Shown in pieces: positions 24,001 to 38,100 of a DNA stretch of 64,000 nt. The stretch lies in assembly GCA_002189035.1 (NCBI GenBank), contig NEEC01000033.1, positions 1-64,000 on the forward strand, given 5' to 3'. A program made the position numbers and the translations under genes. Source of the DNA: Utricularia gibba (taxonomy: Eukaryota; Plantae; Magnoliophyta). Under the pieces are notes generated by a model. That model saw only the letters and a program-made list of their open reading frames with translations. It was not told where the DNA came from and did not search any database. Each line of letters begins with the position of its first letter. Within the stretch, counting starts at the first letter, position 1.

Positions 24001-27000
24001 TCCCAACACTATTATACTCCAGGTACGCAAAAATGTTTACTTTTAACGAATCCAGTGCACGTGTGATTTTTAGGCTGCACCCCGAATGGTGATGCGCAAT
24101 GAAATGACTAGGTCGCACATCCTGGTCCACGAAGCACCTCTTCCAAAACATGCAGATCCTAACTCTTCATAGCACACCATTGGGAAGCCCGATTCGAGCT
24201 CCAAGTAGTATAATTTGGAGTTTCGTTTGTCCATAACTGTGGACATATTAAAAACAAACCACAACGAAAAGTGTCTTACGTGTCCTTCCTTGGTGGCTGC
24301 GTTTAATATTGTGCTTCTCGTTCTCGAAATTGATGCAAAGATACACGGCAAAAGAATCAAATAGCCACTAGAGACATGGTGTATGGGAATGGTGCATCAA
24401 GAATCAGAAGTATCATGGCAACTAATTGATCAATCAACAGCCAAAACATATGTGTCAAACTTCATCGGATATGCGATCAAGATGGAAAAAAGTCACATGT
24501 TACATCATGAATTTCGTGGCATCACTTATCCCAACACTATTATACTCCAGGTACGCAAAAATGTTTACTTTTAACGAATCCAGTGCACGTGTGATTTTTC
24601 GGCTGCACCCCGAATGGTGATGCGCAATGAAATGACTAGGTCGCACATCCTGGTCCACGAAGCACCTCTTCCAAAACATGCAGATGCTAACTCTTCATAG
24701 CACACCATTGGGAAGCCCTATTCGTGCTCCAAGTAGTATAATTTGGAGTTACGTTTGTCCCATAACTGTGGACATATTAAAAACAAACCACAACGAAAAG
24801 TGTCTTACGTGTCCTTCCTTGGTGGCTGCGTTTAATAATGTGCTTCTCGTTCTCGAAATTGATGCAAACAAGATACACGGCAAAAGAATCAAATAGCCAC
24901 TAGAGACATGGTGTATGGGAATGGTGCATCAAGAATCAGAAGTATCATGGCAACTAATTGCATCAATCAACAGCCAAAACATATGGTGTCAAACTTCATC
25001 GGATATGCGATCAAGATGGAAAAAAGTCACATGTTACATCATGAATTTCGTGGCATCACTTATCCCAACACTATTATACTCCAGGTACGCAAAAATGTTT
25101 ACTTTTAACGAATCCAGTGCACGTGTGATTTTTAGGCTGCACCCCGAATGGTGATGCGCAATGAAATGACTAGGTCGCACATCCTGGTCCACGAAGCACC
25201 TCTTCCAAAACATGCAGATCCTAACTCTTCATAGCACACCATTGGGAAGCCCGATTCGAGCTCCAAGTAGTATAATTTGGAGTTTCGTTTGTCCGATAAC
25301 TGTGGACATATTAAAAACAAACCACAACGAAAAGTGTCTTACGTGTCCTTCCTTGGTGGCTGCGTTTAATATTGTGCTTCTCGTTCTCGAAATTGATGCA
25401 AAGATACACGGCAAAAGAATCAAATAGCCACTAGAGACATGGTGTATGGGAATGGTGCATCAAGAATCAGAAGTATCATGGCAACTAATTGCATCAATCA
25501 ACAGCCAAAACATATGGTGTCAAACTTCATCGGATATGCGATCAAGATGGAAAAAAGTCACATGTTACATCATGAATTTCGTGGCATCACTTATCCCAAC
25601 ACTATTATACTCCAGGTACGCAAAAATGTTTACTTTTAACGAATCCAGTGCACGTGTGATTTTTAGGCTGCACCCCGAATGGTGATGCGCAATGAAATGA
25701 CTATGTCGCACATCCTGGTCCACGAAGCACCTCTTCCAAAACATGCAGATCCTAACTCTTCATAGCACACCATTGGGAAGCCCGATTCGAGCTCCAAGTA
25801 GTATAATTTGGAGTTACGTTTGTCCCATAACTGTGGACATATTAAAAACAAACCACAACGAAAAGTGTCTTACGTGTCCTTCCTTGGTGGCTGCGTTTAA
25901 TAATGTGCTTCTCGTTCTCGAAATTGATGCAAAAAGATACACGGCAAAAGAATCAAATAGCCACTAGAGACATGGTGTATGGGAATGGTGCATCAAGAAT
26001 CAGAAGTATCATGGCAACTAATTGAATCAATCAACAGCCAAAACATATGGTGTCAAACTTCATCGGATATGCGATCAAGATGGAAAAAAGTCACATGTTA
26101 CATCATGAATTTCGTGGCATCACTTATCCCAACACTATTATACTCCAGGTACGCAAAAATGTTTACTTTTAACGAATCCAGTGCACGTGTGATTTTTCGG
26201 CTGCACCCCGAATGGTGATGCGCAATGAAATGACTATGTCGCACATCCTGGTCCACGAAGCACCTCTTCCAAAACATGCAGATGCTAACTCTTCATAGCA
26301 CACCATTGGGAAGCCCTATTCGTGCTCCAAGTAGTATAATTTGGAGTTACGTTTGTCCCATAACTGTGGACATATTAAAAACAAACCACAACGAAAAGTG
26401 TCTTACGTGTCCTTCCTTGGTGGCTGCGTTTAATAATGTGCTTCTCGTTCTCGAAATTGATGCAAATGGGATACACGGCAAAAGAATCAAATAGCCACTA
26501 GAGACATGGTGTATGGGAATGGTGTATCAAGAATCAGAAGTATCATGGCAACTAATTGCATCAATCAACAGCCAAAACATATGGTGTCAAACTTCATCGG
26601 ATATGCGATCAAGATGGAAAAAAGTCACATGTTACATCATGAATTTCGTGGCATCACTTATCCCAACACTATTATACTCCAGGTACGCAAAAATGTTTAC
26701 TTTTAACGAATCCAGTGCACGTGTGATTTTTCGGCTGCACCCCGAATGGTGATGCGCAATGAAATGACTATGTCGCACATCCTGGTCCACGAAGCACCTC
26801 TTCCAAAACATGCAGATGCTAACTCTTCATAGCACACCATTGGGAAGCCCTATTCGTGCTCCAAGTAGTATAATTTGGAGTTACGTTTGTCCCATAACTG
26901 TGGACATATTAAAAACAAACCACAACGAAAAGTGTCTTACGTGTCCTTCCTTGGTGGCTGCGTTTAATAATGTGCTTCTCGTTCTCGAAATTGATGCAAA

Positions 27001-30000
27001 TGGGATACACGGCAAAAGAATCAAATAGCCACTAGAGACATGGTGTATGGGAATGGTGTATCAAGAATCAGAAGTATCATGGCAACTAATTGCATCAATC
27101 AACCCAAAACATATGGTGTCAAACTTCATCGGATATGCGATCAAGATGGAAAAAAGTCACATGTTACATCATGAATTTCGTGGCATCACTTATCCCAACA
27201 CTATTATACTCCAGGTACGCAAAAATGTTTACTTTTAACGAATCCAGTGCACGTGTGATTTTTGCAAACGCAATGAAATGAGTCGGTATCGGTGCACGAA
27301 GATTTCTTCTGAACCGCACGGTTGCAGGCACACCATTGGGAAGCCCTATTCGTGCTCCAAGTAGTATAATTTGGAGTTACGTTTGTCCCATAACTGTGGA
27401 CATATTAAAAACAAACCACAACGAAAAGTGTCTTACGTGTCCTTCCTTGGTGGCTGCGTTTAATAATGTGCTTCTCGTTCTCGAAATTGATGCAAACACG
27501 GCAAAAGAATCAAATAGCCACTAGAGACATGGTGTATGGGAATGGTGCATCAAGAATCAGAAGTATCATGCAACTAATTGCATCAATGCCAAAACATATG
27601 GTGTCAAACTTCATCGGATATGCGATCAAGATGGAAAAAAGTCACATGTTACATCATGAATTTCGTGGCATCACTTATCCCAACACTATTATACTCCAGG
27701 TACGCAAAAATGTTTACTTTTAACGAATCCAGTGCACGTGTGATTTTTAGGCTGCACCCCGAATGGTGATGCGCAATGAAATGACTATGTCGCACATCCT
27801 GGTCCACGAAGCACCTCTTCCAAAACATGCAGATCCTAACTCTTCATAGCACACCATTGGGAAGCCCGATTCGAGCTCCAAGTAGTATAATTTGGAGTTC
27901 GTTTGTCCCATAACTGTGGACATATTAAAAACAAACCACAACGAAAAGTGTCTTACGTGTCCTTCCTTGGTGGCTGCGTTTAATAATGTGCTTCTCGTTC
28001 TCGAAATTGATGCAAAGATACACGGCAAAAGAATCAAATAGCCACTAGAGACATGGTGTATGGGAATGGTGCATCAAGAATCAGAAGTATCATGCAACTA
28101 ATTGCATCAATCAACAGCCAAAACATATGGTGTCAAACTTCATCGGATATGCGATCAAGATGGAAAAAAGTCACATGTTACATCATGAATTTCGTGGCAT
28201 CACTTATCCCAACACTATTATACTCAGGTACGCAAAAATGTTTACTTTTAACGAATCCAGTGCACGTGTGATTTTTAGGCTGCACCCCGAATGGTGATGC
28301 GCAATGAAATGACTAGGTCGCACATCCTGGTCCACGAAGCACCTCTTCCAAAACATGCAGATCCTAACTCTTCATAGCACACCATTGGGAAGCCCGATTC
28401 GAGCTCCAAGTAGTATAATTTGGAGTTTCGTTTGTCCGATAACTGTGGACATATTAAAAACAAACCACAACGAAAAGTGTCTTACGTGTCCTTCCTTGGT
28501 GGCTGCGTTTAATATTGTGCTTCTCGTTCTCGAAATTGATGCAAGATACACGGCAAAAGAATCAAATAGCCACTAGAGACATGGCATCAAGAATCAGAAG
28601 TATCATGGCAACTAATTGAATCAATCAACTATGGTGTCAAACTTCATCGGATATGCGATCAAGATGGAAAAAAGTCACATGTTACATCATGAAATCACTT
28701 ATCCCAACACTATTATACTCCAGGTACGCAAAAATGTTTACTTTTAACGAATCCAGTGCACGTGTGATTTTTAGGCTGCACCCCGAATGGTGATGCGCAA
28801 TGAAATGACTACGTCACGAAGCACCTGGTGGCTTCGCTCCAAGTAGTCCGATAACTGTGGACATGCTTACAATAAACAAACACGCACCACTAGAGACATC
28901 ATCAAGAATCAGAAGTATCATGGCAGATGCTAACTATTATATCCACATGGTATCAGCCCGAATCCAGTGCACGTGTGATTTTTAGGCTGCACCCGAATGG
29001 TGATGCGCAATGAAATGACTAGTCGCACATCCTGGTCCACGAAGCACCTCTTCCAAAACATGCAGATCCTAACTCTTCATAGCACACCATTGGGAAGCCC
29101 GATTCGAGCTCCAAGTAGTATAATTTGGAGTTTCGTTTGTCCGATAACTGTGGACATATTAAAAACAAACCACAACGAAAAGTGTCTTACGTGTCCTTCC
29201 TTGGTGGCTGCGTTTAATATTGTGCTTCTCGTTCTCGAAATTGATGCTACACGGCAAAAGAATCAAATAGCGAGACATGGTCATCAAGAATCAGAAGTAT
29301 GCAACTAATTGCATCAATCATATGGTGTCAAACTTCATCGGATATGCGATCAAGATGGAAAAAAGTCACATGTTACATCATGAATCGGTACGCAAAAATG
29401 TTTACTTTTAACGAATCCAGTGCACGTGTGATTTTTAGGCTGCACCCCGAATGGTGATGCGCAATGAAATGACTATTATCAAGGATCAGGTAGCTCCAAG
29501 CAAACTGTGGACATGCTTACGAACAACCAGTCAAATATAGTGGTCACCGGCTGCACCCGAATCATGCGCAATGAAATGTAACATGTTACATCATGTTTAT
29601 TCGTGGCATCACATATTATGTCTTACGTGTCCTTCCTTGGTGGCTGCGTTTAATAATGTGCTTCTCGTTCTCGAAATTGATGCAAATATCAAATAGCCAC
29701 TAGAGACATCCAGGTAGCAAAAATGAGACGATTGGAACGCCACGTGTGATTTTCAGGCTGCACCCCAAATGCGCAATGAAATGACTATGTCGCACATCCT
29801 GACGAAGCACCTCTTCCAAAACATGCAGACTAACTCTTCATAGCACACCATTGGGAAGCCCTATTCGTGCTCCAAGTAGTATAATTGGAGTTACGTTTGT
29901 CCCACATATTAAAAACAAACCACAACGAAAAGTGTCTTACGTGTCCTTCCTTGGTGGCTGCGTTTAATAATGTGCATTGATTTTCAAACCACTAGAGACA

Positions 30001-33000
30001 TGGTGTATGGAATGGTGTATCATCACTTACATCAATCAACAGTATGGTGTCAAACTTCATCTATGCGATCAAGATGGAAAAAAGTCACATGTTACATCAT
30101 GAATTTCGTGGCATCACTTATCCCAACACTATTATACTCCAGGTACGCAAAAATGTTTACTTTTAACGAATCCAGTGCACGTGTGATTTTTAAATGGTGA
30201 TGCACAAGAATCTTCCAAAACATGCAGATGCTAACTCTTCATAGCACACCATTGGGAAGCAAAGTAGTATAATTTGGAGTTACGTTTGTCCCATAACTGT
30301 GGACATATTAAAAACAAACCACAACGAAAAGTGTCTTACGTGTCCTTCCTTGGTGGCTGCGTTTAATAATGTGCTTCTCGTTCTCGAAATTGATGCAAAT
30401 GGGATACACGGCAAAAGAATCAAATAGCCACTAGAGACATGGTGTATGGGAATGGTGTATCAAGAATCAGAAGTATCATGGCAACTAATTGCATCAATCA
30501 ACAGCCAAAACATATGGTGTCAAACTTCATCGGATATGCGATCAAGATGGAAAAAAGTCACATGTTACATCATGAATTTCGTGGCATCACTTATCCCAAC
30601 ACTATTATACTCCAGGTACGCAAAAATGTTTACTTTTAACGAATCCAGTGCACGTGTGATTTTTAGGCTGCACCCCGAATGGTGATGCGCAATGAAATGA
30701 CTATGTCGCACATCCTGGTCCACGAAGCACCTCTTCCAAAACATGCAGATCTAACTCTTCATAGCACACCATTGGGAAGCCCTATTCGTGCTCCAAGTAG
30801 TATAATTTGGAGTTTCGTTATTAAAAACAAACCACAACGAAAAGTGTCTTACGTGTCCTTCCTTGGTGGCTGCGTTTAATAATGTGCTTCTCGTTCTCGA
30901 AATTGATGCAAATATTCAAATAACTCCACAAACATGAAAAGCATGTCAAACTTCACGTGTCCACACATCATTGATCACTTATCCCAACACTATTATACAC
31001 CAGGCTGCGTTTAATGGTGATTGCTTCTCGTTCTCGAAATTGCATGCATTCGTGCTCCAAGTAGTATAATTGGAGTTACGTTTGTCCCATAACTGACATA
31101 TTAAAAACAAACCACAACGAAAAGTGTCTTACGTGTCCTTCCTTGGTGGCTGCGTTTAATAATGAAATTGATGCAAATAGTCACTAGAGACATGGTGTAT
31201 GGGAATGGTGTATCAAGAATCAGAAGTATCATGGCAACTAATTGATCAATCAACAGCCAAAACATATGGTGTCAAACTTCATCGGATATGCGATCAAGAT
31301 GGAAAAAAGTCACATGTTACATCATGAATTTCGTGGCATCACTTATCCCAACACTATTATACTCCAGGTACGCAAAAATGTTTACTTTTAACGAATCCAG
31401 TGCACGTGTGATTTTTAGGCTGCACCCCGAATGGTGATGCGCAATGAAATGACTATGTCGCACATCCTGGAAGCACCTCTTCCAAAACATGCAGATGCTA
31501 ACTCTTCATAGCACACCATTGGGAAGCCCTATTCGTGCTCCAAGTAGTATAATTTGGAGTTACGTTTGTCCCATAACTGTGGACATATTAAAAACAAACC
31601 ACAACGAAAAGTGTCTTACGTGTCCTTCCTTGGTGGCTGCGTTTAATAATGTGCTTCTCGTTCTCGAAATTGATGCAAAGATACACGGCAAAAGAATCAA
31701 ATAGCCACTAGAGACATGGTGTATGGGAATGGTGTATCAAGAATCAGAAGTATCATGGCAACTAATTGAATCAATCAACAGGCAAAAGCAACCACATTGG
31801 AGCACGGCAAAACGGTGTATGCGATCATCGCAATGAAATGACTATGTCGGATATTAAGCACAAAAAAACACAGTGTCTTACGTGTCCTTCCTTGGTGGCT
31901 GCGTTTAATAATGTGCTTCTCGTTCTCGAAATTGATGCAAATCACGTCAAATAGCTCATGGTGTAAATGGTGTATCAAGAATCAGAAGTATCATGGCAAC
32001 TAATTGATCAAGGAAAAATCCACACACATCATGAAATGGTTACTTTTAACGAATCCAGTGCACGTGTGATTTTTCGGCTGCAAATCTGCAGACGATCAAA
32101 ACATGGCCTGCGCAATCTGCCCACCGGTGTGATATGCGATCAAGATGGAAATCACATCTTCGTCGCACATCTGTCCAAAGCACCTAACGCAGATCCTAGT
32201 GCCCGATTCGTCCAAGTAGTATAATTTGGAGTTTCGTTTGTCCGATAACTGTGGACATATTAAAAACAAACCACAACGCTTACGTGTCCTTCCTTGAATA
32301 TGTGCTTCTCGTTCTCGAAATTGATGCAAACAAGATACACGGCAAAAGAATCAAATAGCCACTAGAGACATGGTGTATGGGAATGGTGCATCAAGAATCA
32401 GAAGTATCATGGCAACTAATTGCCAATCAACAGCCAAAACGTATGGCTGTCAAACTTCATCGGATATGCGATCAAGATGGAAAAAAGTCTGTTACATCAT
32501 GAATTTCGTGGCATCACTTATCCCAACACTATTATACTCCAGGTACGCAAAAATGACTTTTAACGAATCCAGTGCACGTGTGACTGCACCCGAATGGTGA
32601 TGCGCAATGAAATGACTAGTCGCACATCACGAAGCACCTCTTCCAAAACATGCAGGCACACCATTGGGAAGCCCGATTCGAGCTCCAAGTAGTATAATTT
32701 GGAGTTTCGTTTGTCCGATAACTGTGGACATATTAAAAACAAACCACAACGAAAAGTGTCTTACGTGTCCTTCCTTGGTGGCTGCGTTTAATATGTGCTT
32801 CTCGTTCTCGAAATTGATGCAAACATACACGGCAAAAGAATCAAATAGCCACTAGAGACATGGTGTATGGGAATGGTGCATCAAGAATCAGAAGTATCAT
32901 GGCAACTAATTGATCAATCAACAGCCAAACATATGGTGTCAAACTTCATCGGATATGCGATCAAGATGGAAAAAAGTCACATGTTACATCATGAATTTCG

Positions 33001-35100
33001 TGGCATCACTTATCCCAACACTATTATACACCAGGTACGCAAAAATGTTTACTTTTAACGAATCCAGTGCACGTGTGATTTTTAGGCTGCACCCCGAATG
33101 GTGATGCGCAATGAAATGACTAGTCGCACATCCACGAAGCACCTCTTCCAAAACATGCAGATGCTAACTCTTCATAGCACACCATTGGGAGCCCTATTCG
33201 TGCTCCAAGTAGTATAATTTGGAGTTACGTTTGTCCATAACTGTGGACATATTAAAAACAAACCACAACGAAAAGTGTCTTACGTGTCCTTCCTTGGTGG
33301 CTGCGTTTAATAATGTGCTTCTCGTTCTCGAAATTGATGCAAAAGATACACGGCAAAAGAATCAAACCACTAGAGACATGGTGTATGGGAATGGTGCATC
33401 AAGAATCAGAAGTATCATGCAACTAATTGCATCAATCAACAGGGTGTCAAACTTCATCGGATATGCGATCAAGATGGAAAAAAGTCACATGTTACATCAT
33501 GAATTTCGTGGCATCACTTATCCCAACACTATTATACTCCAGGTACGCAAAAATGTTTACTTTTAACGAATCCAGTGCACGTGTGATTTTTAGGCTGCAC
33601 CCCGAATGGTGATGCGCAATGAAATGACTATGTCGCACATCCTGGTCCACGAAGCACCTCTTCCAAAACATGCAGAGGCACACCCCCGATTCGAGCTCCA
33701 AGTAGTATACGTTTGTCCGATAACTGTGGACATATTAAAAACAAACCACAACGAAAAGTGTCTTACGTGTCCTTCCTTGGTGGCTGCGTTTAATATTGTG
33801 CTTCTCGTTCTCGAAATTGATGCGATACACGGCAAAAGAATCAAATAGCCACTAGAGACATGGTGTATGGGAATGGTGCATCAAGAATCAGAAGTATCAT
33901 GCAGCATGCTAAAACTTCATTATGCATCAAGCACACATCATGCGTGGCATCACTTATCCCAACACTATGGTACCAAACTTCGTCTCCAAGTGGAAAAATT
34001 TCACGTTTGTCCATGTTACATCTGTCTTCTCGATGAATTTCGGGACATACACGGCATCAAAGAATCAACATATGCCACTAGCCAGACACATGGAAATGGT
34101 TGTACTTTTAACGAATCCAGTGCACGTGTGATTTTTAAGCTGCAGAAGAATGCATGGCGCAACTAGTGCATCAATCACACTGGAAATCATACACGAAGCA
34201 CCTCTGTCAAACAAAATCATGCAGATCCTAACTATGCGATCAAGATGGAAAAAGTCACATGTTACATCATGAATTTCGTGGCATCACTTATCCCAACACG
34301 ATACTGAGCGCAAAAATGTTTACTAGTAATCCAATTTGCACGTGTGATTGTTTCGGCTGCACCCCGAGACATGGTGATGCAAAACAAACCAAAACGAAAA
34401 GTGTCGCATCATCTGGTCATGGCTGCGTTCTTCCAATGAACTTCGCAGTTCTCGCTTCATAGCACACCATTGGGAAACGTGCTCCATAGTAGTAATAATG
34501 AATCAAATACGTCACTAGAGACATGGTGTATGGGAATGGTGCATCCATCAACTGGACATATCAAAAACAAACCACATTGCGATCAATCAACAGCCAAAAC
34601 TTACGTGTGTGTCAAACTGGCTATCGGATAATGCGATGCTAAGTTGGAAAAAAAGTCAAACATACACGGCACAATCAATCAAATTTCACTAGAGACATGG
34701 TGTAGGAATGGTGTATCAAGAATCAGAAGTATCATGGCAACTAATTGCAATCAATATTAACTGCCAAAACACGCAAAAATGTCGGACTTTTAACGAATCC
34801 AGTGCACGTGTGATTTTTAAGATGCTGAAAAGTCACATGTTACATCATGATTTCGTGGCATCACGCACAACAAATTGATGCAAAGATACACGGCAAAAGA
34901 ATCAAATAGCCACTAGAGACATGGTCAAGAATCAGAAGTATCATGGCAACTAATTGCATCAATCAACAGCCAAACATATGGTGTCAAACTTCATCGGATA
35001 TGCGATCAAGATGGAAAAAGTCACATGTTACATCATGAATTTCGTGGCATCACTTATCCAACACTATTATACTCCAGGTACGCAAAAATGAATCCAGTGC
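24001..35100 (+). repeat. A/B transition zone with interdigitated and intra-unit mosaic monomers and several degraded patches
   Basis: The units at 24365, 25428, 25961 and about 27520 mix A and B alleles. Pure B occurs at 26495-27028. A-type stretches return at about 28.0-29.2, 32.2-32.8 and 33.7 kb. Scrambled patches lie at about 27262-27330, 28810-28960, 29470-29760, 30910-31050, 31780-32210 and 33900-34870. Confidence 0.85.
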
Positions 35101-38100
35101 ACGTGTGATTTTTAGGCTGCACCCGAATGGTGATGCGCAATGAAATGACTATGTCGCACATCCTGGTCACGAAGCACCTCTTCCAAAACATGCAGATGCT
35201 AACTCTTCATAGCACACCATTGGGAAGCCCTATTCGTGCTCCAAGTAGTATAATTTGGAGTTACGTTTGTCCCATAACTGACATATTAAAAACAAACCAC
35301 AACGAAAAGTGTCTTACGTGTCCTTCCTTGGTGGCTGCGTTTAATAATGTGCTTCTTCTCGAAATTGATGCAAATATACACGGCAAAAGAATCAAATAGC
35401 CACTAGAGACATGGTGTATGGAATGGTGTATCAAGAATCAGAAGTATCATGGCAACTAATTGCATCAATCAACAGCCAAAACATATGGTGTCAAACTTCA
35501 TCGGATATGCGATCAAGATGGAAAAAAGTCACATGTTACATCATGAATTTCGTGGCATCACTTATCCCAACACTATTATACTCCAGGTACGCAAAAATGT
35601 TTACTTTTAACGAATCCAGTGCACGTGTGATTTTTCGGCTGCACCCGAATGGTGATGCGCAATGAAATGACTATGTCGCACATCCACGAAGCACCTCTTC
35701 CAAAACATGCAGATGCTAACTCTTCATAGCACACCATTGGGAAGCCCTATTCGTGCTCCAAGTAGTATAATTTGGAGTTATTTGTCCCATAACTGTGGAC
35801 ATATTAAAAACAAACCACAACGAAAAGTGTCTTACGTGTCCTTCCTTGGTGGCTGCGTTTAATAATGTGCTTCTCGTTCTCGAAATTGATGCAAATGATA
35901 CACGGCAAAAGAATCAAATAGCCACTAGAGACATGGTGTATGGGAATGGTGTATCAAGAATCAGAAGTATCATGGCAACTAATTGCATCAATCAACTGCC
36001 AAAACATATGGTGTCAAACTTCATCGGATATGCGATCAAGATGGAAAAAAGTCACATGTTACATCATGAATTTCGTGGCATCACTTATCCCAACACTATT
36101 ATACAGGTACGCAAAAATGTTTACTTTTAACGAATCCAGTGCACGTGTGATTTTTAGGCTGCACCCGAATGGTGATGCGCAATGAAATGACTATGTCGCA
36201 CATCCTGGTCCACGAAGCACCTCTTCCAAAACATGCAGATGCTAACTCTTCATAGCACACCATTGGGAAGCCCTATTCGTGCTCCAAGTAGTATAATTGG
36301 AGTTACGTTTGTCCCATAACTGTGGACATATTAAAAACAAACCACAACGAAAAGTGTCTTACGTGTCCTTCCTTGGTGGCTGCGTTTAATAATGTGCTTC
36401 TCGTTCTCGAAATTGATGCAAAGATACACGGCAAAAGAATCAAATAGCCACTAGAGACATGGTGTATGGGAATGGTGTATCAAGAATCAGAAGTATCATG
36501 GCAACTAATTGCATCAATCAACAGCCAAACATATGTGTCAAACTTCATCGGATATGCGATCAAGATGGAAAAAAGTCACATGTTACATCATGAATTTCGT
36601 GGCATCACTTATCCCAACACTATTATACTCCAGGTACGCAAAAATGTTTACTTTTAACGAATCCAGTGCACGTGTGATTTTTCGGCTGCACCCGAATGGT
36701 GATGCGCAATGAAATGACTATGTCGCACATCCTGGTCCACGAAGCACCTCTTCCAAAACATGCAGATGCTAACTCTTCATAGCACACCATTGGAAGCCCT
36801 ATTCGTGCTCCAAGTAGTATAATTTGGAGTTACGTTTGTCCCATAACTGTGGACATATTAAAAACAAACCACAACGAAAAGTGTCTTACGTGTCCTTCCT
36901 TGGTGGCTGCGTTTAATAATGTGCTTCTCGTTCTCGAAATTGATGCAAATGGATACACGGCAAAAGAATCAAATAGCCACTAGAGACATGGTGTATGGGA
37001 ATGGTGTATCAAGAATCAGAAGTATCATGGCAACTAATTGCATCAATCAACAGCCAAACATCAAACTTCATCGGATATGCGATCAAGATGGAAAAAAGTC
37101 ACATGTTACATCATGAATTTCGTGGCATCACTTATCCCAACACTATTATACTCCAGGTACGCAAAAATGTTTACTTTTAACGAATCCAGTGCACGTGTGA
37201 TTTTTCGGCTGCACCCGAATGGTGATGCGCAATGAAATGACTAGTCGCACATCCTGATCACGAAGCACCTCTTCCAAAACATGCAGATGCTAACTCTTCA
37301 TAGCACACCATTGGGAAGCCCTATTCGTGCTCCAAGAAGTATAATTTGGAGTTTTTGTCCCATAACTGGGAGAAAAACAAACCACAACGAAAAGTGTCTT
37401 ACGTGTCCTTCCTTGGTGGCTGCGTTTAATAATGTGCTTCTCGTTCTCGAAATTGATGCAAAATACACGGCAAAAGAATCAAATAGCCACTAGAGACATG
37501 GTGTATGGAATGGTGTATCAAGAATCAGAAGTATCATGGCAACTAATTGCATCAATCAACAGCCAAAACATATGGTGTCAAACTTCATCGGATATGCGAT
37601 CAAGATGGAAAAAGTCACATGTTACATCATGAATTTCGTGGCATCACTTATCCCAACACTATTATACTCCAGGTACGCAAAAATGTTTACTTTTAACGAA
37701 TCCAGTGCACGTGTGATTTTTCGGCTGCACCCCGAATGGTGATGCGCAATGAAATGACTATGTCGCACATACGAAGCACCTCTTCCAAAACATGCAGATG
37801 CTAACTCTTCATAGCACACCATTGGGAAGCCCTATTCGTGCTCCAAGTAGTATAATTTGGAGTTACGTTTGTCCCATAACTGTGGACATATTAAAAACAA
37901 ACCACAACGAAAAGTGTCTTACGTGTCCTTCCTTGGTGGCTGCGTTTAATAATGTGCTTCTCGTTCTCGAAATTGATGCGATACACGGCAAAAGAATCAA
38001 ATAGCCACTAGAGACATGGTGTATGGGAATGGTGTATCAAGAATCAGAAGTATCATGGCAAGTCAATCATAAAACATCGGATATGCGATCAAGATTCACA

